Positions 1-11,689 of a stretch of DNA of 64,000 bases are shown here, one piece after another. Every line of letters begins with the position of its first letter. Position 1 is the stretch's first letter. The DNA is from Obrimoposthia wandeli (Eukaryota). Below the pieces are notes generated by a model. It saw only the letters and a list, made by a program, of their open reading frames with translations. It was not told the origin of the DNA and ran no database searches. The stretch is taken from positions 62,001 through 126,000 of the forward strand of contig CDROCS010006185.1 in assembly GCA_977020255.1 (NCBI GenBank), read 5' to 3'. The translations under genes were made by a program, and so were the position numbers.

Positions 1-150
1 AGAAAATGGGAATAAGTATGAGTATTTGGATAGGAATGAGAATGAGAATGACAGTAAAGATGGTGATGATGGGGATGATAAGGACGACGAGGATAGTAAA
101 GATGAAGACAATAATGAATAGGAAAATTAGAATAAAAAAATAAAACGAAC

Positions 151-333
151 CAAAAAAGTCTCGTTGAACTCAAAATGTGTGGGGTACTGCTTGATAAGTT
201 GGTGAATGCAGTCGAGCCATTGTACAAACACGGGACTTCTTTCCTTGTTATCGAATGAGCTACCAAGACTGCACCGATCAACGAATTTGTGCCCGAATTG
301 GATCCATTCTTTTTCCACGAGAGTTTGAAAGCC
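151..333 (-). CDS. MTMR3/MTMR4: MTMR3/4-like exon 8 (gene continues beyond the left edge)
   Basis: TTCAG acceptor, then GFQTLVEKEWIQFGHKFVDRC...SPVFVQWLDCIHQLIKQYPTHFEFNETFL, which joins in frame to YYRTVE of exon 7. The donor at 150 (GTTCGT) is less certain. Confidence 0.92.
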
Positions 334-1653
334 CTGAATAGTGATCGATCTAATATCATACTACTACTATATCGTATTAAAATAAAGTGTTTTTATCCAT
401 TCGCATTTATAATTAATAATCAACATCTTTAAATATTGCAATTTTTAAAAAATAATATATATCTTATTAAATTTTTTAAACACAAAATGAAAAGTAATAA
501 AAAACATTCATAATTAGAACTTTAAAATAGAAATAAGAACCAAAAGAATCAAAGTAGAATAATTCAGATACTTCATAATATTTAGATTGAAGATTGTGTT
601 TCAATAAAGTATATTTTTAACTTCATTACTTAATATCGATATGTAAATAGTGGGATGAGCGTATCGAGGTGTATGCCTGGGAGGAAGTATATAAAACAAA
701 AATATTACAGCGCTTCGAGTATTCATAAAAAAGGAGTCTAACAATTCGATGTGAGACGAATTATAGCATTTAATTAGTTAACTTTTTTTTTCTTTTCATG
801 TAATTGATTTTATAAATTTTGCAATATATTGAAAAGTTAAACTTATGTTATACAAGAATGTTTTACTTATAAATAAAAGTAAATTATGAATAAGTAATTT
901 TATATGATGAGTTGTTTGCAACTAATTCCAATTCTCATATACCTAACCACCCGATTATGTTTACTTAAAATAAAAGACAATATAATAATTTAAGAAACGT
1001 TGGTAACATTAAATAGAAATAATCTTTAAATTAATAAGTTCAAAACTTTGCAATAAAAAATCTGAAAAAAATTAATTGCTATTTTTGTTGAAAAGAGAAA
1101 TTTGCATTTAGTTATTTATAGCGCATGGATTAGTGAATTTAATTAACAAAAACAGGACATAAATTCTTATCTTCTTTATTTATTTAATCTTTAATCAAAA
1201 CTTTCTGAGAACTAAGTCACAAACTTCTTTTCACAAACTGATGTACACTTTCACAAAAACGGATATTCCCAAACCTTTTACCAAACCAAACTTTAACATC
1301 ACAAAATATAGCCAGACAATCAACACGCACTCGTAAGTGTAAAAAACTATCTAACGAACACCGACCTTAAATTGGCCAATTCTCAACTTATAGCAACAAA
1401 GTACCTCAACAAGAATGGTGAGTCACGTTATGAAATATAATTTATAATAACTTTATGTTAATTTTTCCAATCGTTTTATTTTCTTTATTTAAATTTATTA
1501 GGTTTAAGAAAAATCGTACAAAAACGAATGAGTATTAGTTAATATTTGTAAATTTTATCATTTTTATTAATTATATAAAATACACTTTTCACGTTATATT
1601 TTATATATTGGATTTTTGTGATATATTGACCTATATTAAATAGAATTTTGTTA

Positions 1654-2850
1654 CACTGTCCCAGAATTATTGAGATTTTAAAGCTAATTTTATTTCTATT
1701 GTTAAACATGAGTGATAACTAACATGGTTAAAAAAGTATGCTTGAAAAAAACAATGCAAAATATTGATTTCAGGCGTCAACCAGTCATTCTAATATTCTA
1801 CATTTTTAACTGCTGCGTTATGGAATTAAACAAAGGACGGGCTCAATATTAAGCTAATGTTGAATTCAAACGTGATGTAAAACCCATTGTAATTTATCGA
1901 CAGCTGTGGGATGTTTTAAGTGAAGCATTTTTTGTTGCATTATCAACTGTTCAACGCTGATATGCTAAATTTGCAAATGATTTACCTGGTTGTAGTGATG
2001 TTCATTGGCATCAATGAGATTGTGCAAATAATTGCATATGACAGAAAGCTTTCAGTACGTGAAGCATACCAAAGTCATATGTAGAAAGAATCTGACAATA
2101 TAAATATTACTCAGTTATAGGTGACGTGAGCCAATGGCGTGAACTAATGCAAACAAGCAAAGAAGACCAAAACATGCATATTGTTTTATGAAGGCAGGAG
2201 AAGTGCGCTACTCATACTATGCGATTGAGGATGAAACGTGAGTTTACCACGAAGTAACTTTTCAACACGCCTGAAAACTGATGAGCACAGACCAGTTTCC
2301 CAAGCAGAAACTTACCCAGCAAAAGCTTACCCAAGCAAAACAAGTTGTGCTTAAGGCGATGAAAAGTGATTGTAAGGTGTATGTTGACACATTACTTCCA
2401 AATGAAACAAATGCTGCATCGCGTGGTAAAACCTACGAACCCCAATAGAATTAAGAGAAAGTAATGCACTATAGCAACATGATAATGCACGGCCACATTT
2501 AGTAGCTTCAACAGTTCAATTAGTCGAATCATCAAAAGGAAACACGCTAATAAAGCAAGCAAAAAAAATCCAGATTTAAATATCTTTTATTGCTGGATAA
2601 ATCGAAAAATCAAATATACACTGAATCCAATAGCATTTCAAAATGCCATCGAAGTACAGGTGAAAACGCAATAGGCATTGTGAAACATTGAACAAAGTGA
2701 GTTACGATACCAATTAGATTTGTTGGTGAAACACTTTGATGCGGTAATTTCTGCAAATGATTATTATATTACTGATTAAAATGTCGTTTTACATTAAATA
2801 TATGTTTACTTTACACTTATTAAACAAGTTTCAATAATTTTGGGATAATG
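1654..2850 (+). mobile_element. Decayed Tc1/mariner transposon
   Basis: TA-flanked TIRs CACTGTCCCAGAATTATTGA / TCAATAATTTTGGGATAATG; internal QHDNARPH (~2477) and PDLN (~2570) motifs. Confidence 0.85.
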
Positions 2851-3650
2851 TAGTATTGGAAAAATAAATCGTGTCCATGGATTATTTTTTATCAATATAT
2901 TTTAGAATTTTAACTTATGGCTGCTTTTACTTTGAGTAGTCTCAAAAATTTTCCTCTTGGTGTGATAAATTGTAAAAAATCGAATTCAATTGTTTTAGTA
3001 AGAAAGTGAACACCATGAAAAGAACCTAAAATACATTTTAAACAAATTTTAAACAAATCAAGAGCCAATAAAAGCGTTCAATTTTTTACAGAAAATTCTG
3101 TGCATTCTAATAATGACATTTGACAGTAAGAAGTATTTATTAAAAAAACATCATTCAAGCGTCACAGGTACTTCATAAGAATTTTGTACTTTGAGTTCAC
3201 TTGTCTTAAAATAACTATAAAATTTTGTTCTAAAAGTTAAATAATTTTTTTCGCAATTTTTCTTTGGTACGCCCCAAATCTAAAAAGTTGATTAGTGGAC
3301 GAGAAAACGTTCCAATCTCAAAAGCATCTTGTGACTTTATGCTACTTTAATATTACATTTGAATACAAGCAAATTGAACGTTTTTATCCAAGTCTCCGAA
3401 TTCTATAATTGAGGTCATGCGCAATGAATGCTAGAAGAAGAAATTTTCCGTGTCATAAACAATTCCATTTACATACTAACTCTAATCGCGTATGCAAATG
3501 AAGAATTTTCCCAAACTCTTTCCTGTGAAGTTTGTTTGAACAATATAAGCAGCTTTATGATGTTCTTAGATATGATCAAATGGAATAATCTATAAAAGGT
3601 GCCCCAACACTGGTATTTGGCAACTATCAACAAACAACTCCATTTAAAGA

Positions 3651-4152
3651 TGCACAGTAAAAATAGCACCATCATTGCGCAATTATGTATTCCAAATGTT
3701 CATCGTTTTTGTCTGATAATTCTTAATTTAGAACATTATTATCAACAACACCATCGAGCCAAATATTCAATGTACATTGAAACAATGATAAAAAGTCATT
3801 GAAATGATATGACAAGTCTCACATATGAACTGTAGAGTGATTATAACTATTGATGACTTAGAATAACAATAAAAATAGAATGCACGACAAAAACAACGAT
3901 AATTACAATTACAATTCTAAGGTTTTCAAAAACTTTAAAATTTACAGAACGAACAAATACGTTTTACAGCGTGATTTGAAAGATTGGAATACAAACTAAT
4001 TACCATTTGAAATGGAGGACGTCTAAACCAACGCACATTCAAATAAGACCTGATCACCTCAATAACCCATCCCATTTATTGCATAATCATAATGAGGGGA
4101 CTCAGTCAAATGAGAAGACAATTGTTGATGTAAGCGCTGTAGTCCATTGAAT
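3651..4152. repeat. ~500-bp direct repeat, copy 1
   Basis: Near-identical to 19161-19661 (about a dozen differences by eye). Confidence 0.9.
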
Positions 4153-4209
4153 AACGGTTGAATTATTTTTTAGAAAATAAAATTGTGATTTTTAAACAAG
4201 ATATTTAGT

Positions 4210-4700
4210 TGTTAGCCAACGTTTGTGGTATTTCGGAGATTTTGTTCCCCGGACGCAACTTATAAGAGACGCTTCTGGTCGATCTCGTTTAAGTTACATT
4301 ATATATATCAAAGTTGGCATTATGAAAAACTTACCTGTAAATTAGACACACACTTTGAAAACAAACTACAAATTACAAAGATACGTCTTTGGCTTTGCTT
4401 CAAAGCTGTTTATGAACAAGTTCTTTGAAATATTTTTATAGACTGTTTGAAGATTTTATCACATAATTTAAAGTACTTCACATGAGGATGAGCATAAAAT
4501 TACACGTTTGAGGGCTAATCTTGAATACTTTCCAGAAACTTGTAGTGCGTATACAGTAGAGAGCCAGGTGAAGGAATTCACTAAAACATTACTCGGGAGA
4601 AAAAAACGTTACAAAGACAAATGGATCATTCCTATGATGACAGATTACGGTTGGTACCTTATGAGATTTCAAATTTTATCCACATCGAATAAAATCTACG
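4210..4700 (+). mobile_element. DDE DNA-transposase remnant (superfamily not assigned)
   Basis: IKVGIMKN, MSIKLH..NLEYFPE, KRYKDKWIIPMMTDYGWYL resemble the widespread invertebrate motif set HIKLGLMKN / MSLKIHFLHSHLDFFPxN / RYQGxWxxxMxADYCW. Confidence 0.6.
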
Positions 4701-4756
4701 AGGAAATGATTTAATTCAAAATGACTCGTGTGTTATTTCTTTGATTGTATTACATT

Positions 4757-5722
4757 TGTAGATGTTTTCTATTGAAACTTAGAATCCTCGTATGGAGGCC
4801 CCAGCGTGAATTTCAGTAGCGATAGGGCTTACATATGGATGTGGCCTACCTGTTCTAATATCTGAAGGTTTTTTCTAGTCTCTGAAGGTTTTTGTGTTTA
4901 GTAAAAAAGTCTGTGTTCAGGAAAACGTGACTGTCCCTAAAACTATGGTTGTTAAGCTGGTTATAAAAACTGGTTAGGCCGAATTTGATTTCATATTCAA
5001 AAATAGTCTGGACAAAAATGGTCTGGCCACAACCAAGACAAGAAATAGGCAACAAGAAGCCGAAATAAATCAACGTCGAAGATGACTCTTTGAATGTGTC
5101 GGGGCTCAGGTTACCGTTTCGTTGGTTAATTCTCGGCCCAAATGATAGTTTTCAATTTTTTAATTTAGAAATGTTTCACACTTACTGTAATACTCAATTG
5201 GATTCTCAAAATGCTTAATCGTTTGGTTTCGAAATATTTATTACTATACTAAACGCTGATATTTAACAGAAAACGTATACAATTTTAATTCGCAGGGGCG
5301 ATATTTTCTACGCTTTAGGTTGACTAAAAGATTTTTATTTTCTCTAACGATTGATCGGAATAGTTATTTCAGTTGGTTATTATTTACTTTTACGTCTGAG
5401 TTATTCCAATGTGGGATTAATCATTCAAGATAATTCCCAAACTTCAGGACAAATTCACTATCTTTACTTCGGGATAAATTCACTATAATTACTTTAATGA
5501 TAAATTACGATCTTTAGTTTTATTCTCAGCGTTGGAGTGATATCTTCTCACGTTTTGACGAGGTAACTTCACTTTAGTATATATTCGTCTGGTAAGTTCG
5601 CGTCAATTTGTGATCTCGTTTCAGATTTCTTCGGGATTCGTTTTTATACGCTATCGATTAAAATAAACGTTTAAATAGAATAATTACTTTCGTGTTGTAC
5701 TGTAAACCGAATGTTTATCACA
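4757..5722 (+). mobile_element. LTR-like family X, copy 1
   Basis: TGT start; shared core GAAACTTAGAATCC..TGGAGGCCCC..GTGGCCTA..ATCTGAAGG; collinear with copy 3 up to ~5140; right end (ATCACA after AATAAA) is tentative. Confidence 0.6.
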
Positions 5723-6042
5723 GAAGAATGCAATGAATGTTCTGCAGAGCTTCAAATTACTGTACTACTATTATTCACCAATAATGTGGTGGAGCTGTTA
5801 ATTTCTATAAATAGCTTTTGTTCTTTTTAGATAATCTTCTTCGGCCTTTTTTCTACACTTTTATTTTCTTATATATTCATTCATATGACCTTTAAGGTCA
5901 CAATTTATTTTAAAAAACATATTTTTAATTTTAACATTTTTAACCTTCCAATATTTTGAAGGTTAAATATTTACTATAAATAAACGTTTTATTTATTTCA
6001 ATTTAGTTTTTTCCTTTATCTAACACATTGGATAATTGAAAT

Positions 6043-6570
6043 GTATAGTACCCTAAGTTCTTGTCGATAAACCGAACTTATGTATAAACCGGATACCTAA
6101 AAACGAACAAATTTTTAAAATACAATTTTATATTAATTAAGCCGGACTCATAGATAAGCCGACTAATATTTAAAAAATATGTAATTGCTTTTTTAATGTT
6201 GTAATTATTTGTTTAATTAAATAAAGTTTTTGAATTTGATTTTATTCAAAGTGAATACAAAGAGAACTCGAAAATCGTATCCCAATTATCGAAAACTAGA
6301 AGCGGTGTATAACTCTGAAACATATGGCAATGCGGCGGCTGCTAGACAGTTTCAAACAGAATATCCAGCGATGGAAAAAAGAGAAGAATGTTTTACATAC
6401 AATGACCACGAAGAAGCTCTGTCGATGGTTCCGAAAAAAGGTTTTGGCCAGAAATCGAGTCAGAAATCTGTTTTTGAAACTTTTGTCAAAAAGGCGATTA
6501 CTGGAGTCGATATCGAACACATCGAGATCCCTATTAGTTTTGACATTCCCAACAAAAAAATTAATTAAGC
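6043..6570 (+). mobile_element. pogo-like transposon 5' remnant (Brinker-type DNA-binding domain)
   Basis: RKSYPNYRKLEAVYNSETYGNAAAARQF resembles BrkDBD 'RxSYxxxFKLxV..GNxAAARxF'; repeated AACCG(G)A subterminal motifs. Confidence 0.65.
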
Positions 6571-7382
6571 ACAATTTTGTGATTGTTATTTTTTAAAGTA
6601 TCTTACGAATTAACTTGACGTCATGGGTGAAGATGAATAGAATAATTGAAATTATCACGACAATCTGAATTAAAATCGCTTTAGAGATCTGCTGCAGCAG
6701 AAATTTTGTAGACTTGTTACTTGCCGGTAACATGTAAATAAATTGGTAGAAAATATGAGGTAAATTTACAGTTTTATTATCTAAATTAAGGTCAAATTAT
6801 TTAATTTTCTTAAAAGCAATTATTGTTTACAATACTTTAAAATATAGCTTATAGAGATTTATTATGGATATATATAGTTATGTTATATACAAATCAGAAA
6901 TATCATGAATCGTCGATATCTTTAAACAATAAATGAACCTCAGCTACATCAAGGGAATTACTAATACCACACTTTTTAAATGACAACTATTTCTGGTTTC
7001 ACTCTAACTCACGACTTTTAACCAATTTTATCTGTTATACTACTGTTATTAGAATTTCCCTCTGTTTAGTTTTCCACCAGTGGAATTTCTGCGCATTGAA
7101 CACAAGGAAATTTCTTTGCACATTCTTTTGGAAACAGTTATTTGTAAATAATTTCGAGGTTTTATAATGATTTGAAGTATTTTGGAAATATTTTATAAGT
7201 AGTCTATCACTATATTGTAAAACGCAAAATAATTCGTAAGAAGATTGTAAAATATCTGAATACAATTCATAGCTTTTAAGATTATTTTTAAGCATAGGTT
7301 ATAAGATTTTACTTTTTTGTGTAACCGGATGATTGGTCAAAATCCCAATTGACAGAAAAAAATGGCACAAAAAAGAAGAATA

Positions 7383-7647
7383 CAGTAGGTGGAAGGATGG
7401 AGTCTAAGCCACTTGACCCCCCCCCCCTAAAGGGTGTCACTCCATAAGGATGTCACATCATAAAAGATGTCTTGCCACACCATAAGGGTATATGTTGCCT
7501 CACCTTCGGTGACCCAACATATACCCTTATGGTATGGCAAGGACACCTTTTATGGTGTGACACCCTTATGGTGACACCCAGGAGGGGAGGCGGGGAGGCG
7601 GGGAGGGAGGGGAGGGGTCAAGTGGCTTAGACTCATCCTTCCTACTG
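7383..7647. repeat. Left terminal self-palindromic MITE-like module
   Basis: TA|CAGTAGG...CCTACTG|TA with nested inverted segments around a central GGGTATATGTTG..CAACATATACCC stem. Confidence 0.85.
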
Positions 7648-7680
7648 TATACCGCCTACTATGGTCGTCCATAGTTTAAA

Positions 7681-7895
7681 GGGTAAAGTGGCTTAGTCTC
7701 CACCCTTCTTTTGAGATATATCACTATGAAAGGGTAAAGTGGCTTAGTCTCACCCTTCTTTTGAGATATACCACTATGAAAGGGTAAAGTGGCTTAGTCT
7801 CCACCCATCTTTTTGAGATATACCACTATGAAAGGGTAAAGTGGCTTAGTCTCCATCCATCTTTTAGTGATCTAGTCTCCACCCTTCTTTTTTTG
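7681..7895. repeat. ~51-bp subterminal repeats x4 (mirrored at ~18300-18525)
   Basis: GGGTAAAGTGGCTTAGTCTCCACCCTTC at 7681, 7732, 7782 and 7834; a variant of the TIR motif. Confidence 0.9.
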
Positions 7896-8429
7896 ATCTA
7901 GTCCATAATGAAAATTTATGATAAAGTTCACACTTAACAATTAAGAATGTATGACGTAATCATACACACACTATTCTATGTGAAAATCAAGGCTAAAGTT
8001 CACTCTTATCAGTTAAGGAATGTGGTTTTTAACACACACACTATTCTATGTGAAAGTTTAGATCAAATTATTTTCCTAGGTTTTCACATTTATAGAATTA
8101 TGATAAAATTTCTTTAAATAACTTCAATTATATATTAAAATAAAATAAAATAAGAAAGAAGTCAGAGAATAATACAAAATTAAACACATTTATTATGTAA
8201 TTTCATAATATCATCTTCAAACTTAAGTGAATAACATTTACAAAGTAAGAAAGTCCATTCTTTATACATTCTTTTTGTTTCAACGACTAAGTTACAACGG
8301 AATTAATAGAAAATTAGTAAAAATATTAATTTATTTGAATATTTGAATGAGAGTTTGAATAAATGAGAGGTAGAATGAATGTAAATGAATAAAATTATGC
8401 ATGCAAGTATGAATGTCATTTACAAGTAA

Positions 8430-11400
8430 GAGGGTTTAGCAAGTGAATGTAATTTAAAAATAAGAGTGTCGATAGTTTGATTGAATGCAAGTGTAATTTA
8501 GACTATAAGTAAATTAAAATAGAGTTTTTGTTGAATAAATTATAGTTAGATTGAATGCAAGTATGACGAGCAAGTGATTGATAGTTTGAATTTTCAATAC
8601 AAGTAAGTGGGTTTAGCAAGTGAATGTAATTTTAAAAAATAAGAGTGTCGATAGTTTGATTGAATGCAAGTGTAATTTAGACTATAAGTAAGTTAAAATA
8701 GAGTTTTTGTTGAATAAATTATAGTTAGATTGAATGCAAGTATGACGAGCAAGTGATTGATAGTTTGAATTTTCAATACAAGTAAGTGGGTTTAGCAAGT
8801 GAATGTAATTTTAAAAAATAAGAGTGTCGATAGTTTGATTGAATGCAAGTATGACGAGCAAGTGATTGATAGTTTGAATTTTCAATACAAGTAAGTGGGT
8901 TTAGCAAGTGAATGTAATTTTAAAAAATAAGTTTAGTTTGATTGAATGCAAGTGTAATTTAGACTAGGGCAAATTAAAATAGAGAATAAAATTAGTAGTT
9001 AGATTGAATGCAAGTATGACGAGCAAGTGATTGATAGTTTGGTAATTAGTAATGTAATTTTAAAAAAATAAGAGTGTCGATAGTTTGATTGAATGCAAGT
9101 AATTAGACTATAAGTAAATTAAAATAGAGTTTTGGAATAAATTAGTAGTTAGATTGAATGCAAGTATGACGAGCAAGTGTTTGATAGTTTCGAATGTAAG
9201 TTTTAGCAAGTGAATGTAATTTTAAAAAAATAAGAGTGTCGATAGCTTGATTGAATGCAAGTGTAATTTAGACTATAAGTAAATTAAAATAGAGTTTTTG
9301 TTGAAATAAATTATAGTTAGATTGAATGCGAGCAAGTATGACGAGCAAGTATAGTTTGAATTTTCAATACAAGCAAGTGGGGTTTAAAGTGAATGGGACT
9401 TTAATTTTAAAAAATAGAAAGTCGATAGTTTGATTGAATGCAAGTGTAGACTATAAGTAAATTAAAATAGAGTTTTGTTGAATAAATTATAGTTAGATTG
9501 AATGCAAGTATGACGCAAGTGATTGATAGTTTGAATTTTCAATACAAGTAAGTGGGTTTAGCAAGTAGTGTCGATAGTTTTACTGAATGTGTGCAAGTGA
9601 ATGTAATTTAAAAAAGAGTTTTTGTTGAATAAATTATAGTTAGATTGAATGCAAGTACGACGAGCAAGTGATTGATAGTTTGAATTTTCAAGTAAGTGGG
9701 TTTAGCATTGTAATAAAAATAAGAGTGTCGATAGTTTGATTGAATGCAAGTGTAATTTAGACTATAAGGGGGCAAATTAAAATAGAGTTTTGTTGAATAA
9801 ATTATAGTTAGATTGAATGCAAGTATGACGAGCAAGTGATTGATAGTTTGAATTTTCAATACAAGTAAGTGGGTTTAGCAAGTGAATGTAATTTTAAAAA
9901 ATAAGAGTGTCGATAGTTTGATTGAATGCAAGTGTAATTTAAGATATAAGTAAATTAAAATAGAGTTTTTGTTGAATAAATTATAGTTAGATTGAATGCA
10001 AGTATGACGAGCAAGTGTTTGATAGTTTGAATTTTCAATACAAGTAAGTGGGTTTAGCAAGTGAATGTAATTTTAAAAAATAAGAGTGTCGATAGTTTGA
10101 TTGAATGCAAGTGTAATTTAGACTATAAGTAAAATAAAATAGAGTTTTTTGTTGAATAAATTATAGTTGATTGAATGCAAGTATGACGAGCAAGTGATTG
10201 ATAGTTTGAATTTTCAATACAGTAAGTGGGTTTAGCAAGTGAATGTAATTTTAAAAATAAGAGTGTCGATAGTTTGATTGAATATGAGTGTAATTTAGAC
10301 TATATAGTAAATTAAAATAGAGTTTTTGTTGAATAAATTATAGTTAGATTGAATGCAAAGTATGACGAAACAGAGTGATTGATAGTTTGAATTTTCAATA
10401 CAAGTAAGTGGGTTTAGCAAGTGAATGTAATTTTAAAAAATAAGAGTGTCACGATAGTTTACAGTGATTGAATAAAGTGTAATTTAGACCTATAAGTAAA
10501 TTAAAATAGAGTTTTTGTTGAATAAATTATAGTTAGATTGAATGCAAGTGACGAAAACAAGTGATTAGATAGTTTGAATTTTCAATACAAATAATGAGGA
10601 TGGGTTTAGCAAGTGTATGTTTTTTAAAAATAAGAGTGTCGATAGTTTGATTGAATGCAAGTGTAAGTGTAATTTATACTATAAGTAAATTAAAATAGAG
10701 TCGTTGTTGAATAAATTATAGTTAAATTGAATGCAAGTATGACGAGGAAACAGTGATTGATAGTTGATAATTTTTCAATACAAGTAAGTGGGTTTAGCAA
10801 GTAGAATTTTTAAAAAACAAAGAGTGTCGTAGTTTGATTGAATGCAAGTGATACTAATTTGAACTATAAATAAAATTAAAAAAAGTTTTTGTGGAGCAAA
10901 TTTAGTTAGATTGAATGCAAGTATGACGAGCAAGTGTTTGATAGTTTGAATTTTAATACAAGTAAGTGGGTTTTAAAGTGAATGTAATTTTTAAAAAATA
11001 AGAGTGTCGATAGTTTGATTGAATACAGAATGTAATTTAGACTATAAATAAATTAAAATGAAGTTTTGATTGAATAAATTATATGTAGTTAGGTTGAATG
11101 CAAGTTATGATGACGAGCAAGTGATTGATAGTTTGAATTTTTCAATGTATTAGTTGGGTTTAACAAGTGAATGTAATTTTTAAAAAATAAGAGTGTCTCG
11201 ATAATTTTGATTGAATGCAAGTGCATTTTTAGATATAAGTAAATTAAAAATAGAGTTTTTGTTGAATAAATTATATAGTTGAATTGAATGCAAGTATGAC
11301 GAGCAAGTGATTGAATAGTTGAATTTTCAATACAAATTAAAGTGGGTTTAGCAAGTGAATATGAAGTTTTTTAAAAAATAAGAGTGTCGATAGTTTGATT
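8430..11400. repeat. Satellite A, ~179-bp unit, ~16-17 copies
   Basis: Period read from anchors at 8581/8760; copies become noisier toward 11.4 kb. Confidence 0.95.
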
Positions 11401-11689
11401 TTTTAAATTACTTGATATTTTTGCCATTGTCGTTTATTATAATATGAATATTCAATTTATTTCTTCAAAAATTCATTTTTTATATGTTAAATAATATTTC
11501 TTTATTATTGTGGTTTTATCAAGTGATTTTAACTTTAAACTATAAAAATATTTTAATTATAAAGTTAGTTGCTGTACCGCCCACTGTATATAACATAAAT
11601 TTCAAATATAAAGTACTATTAAGTTTATTATTTCGAATAGTAAATGATTTTTCGAGTTATTTAATTTTGTTTACTAGACGTTCGAAAAT

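Noticed and set aside
4794-4812. tRNA-Thr primer-binding site (TGGAGGCCCCAGCG)
   Set aside because: It lies ~40 bp inside the presumed LTR start rather than after a CA end, and TGG is not conserved in the other copies (TAGAGG, CGGAGG).
4855-4900. Hammerhead ribozyme core in LTR family X (CTGAAGG)
   Set aside because: Does not fit CUGANGA, and no paired GAAA or stems were found.
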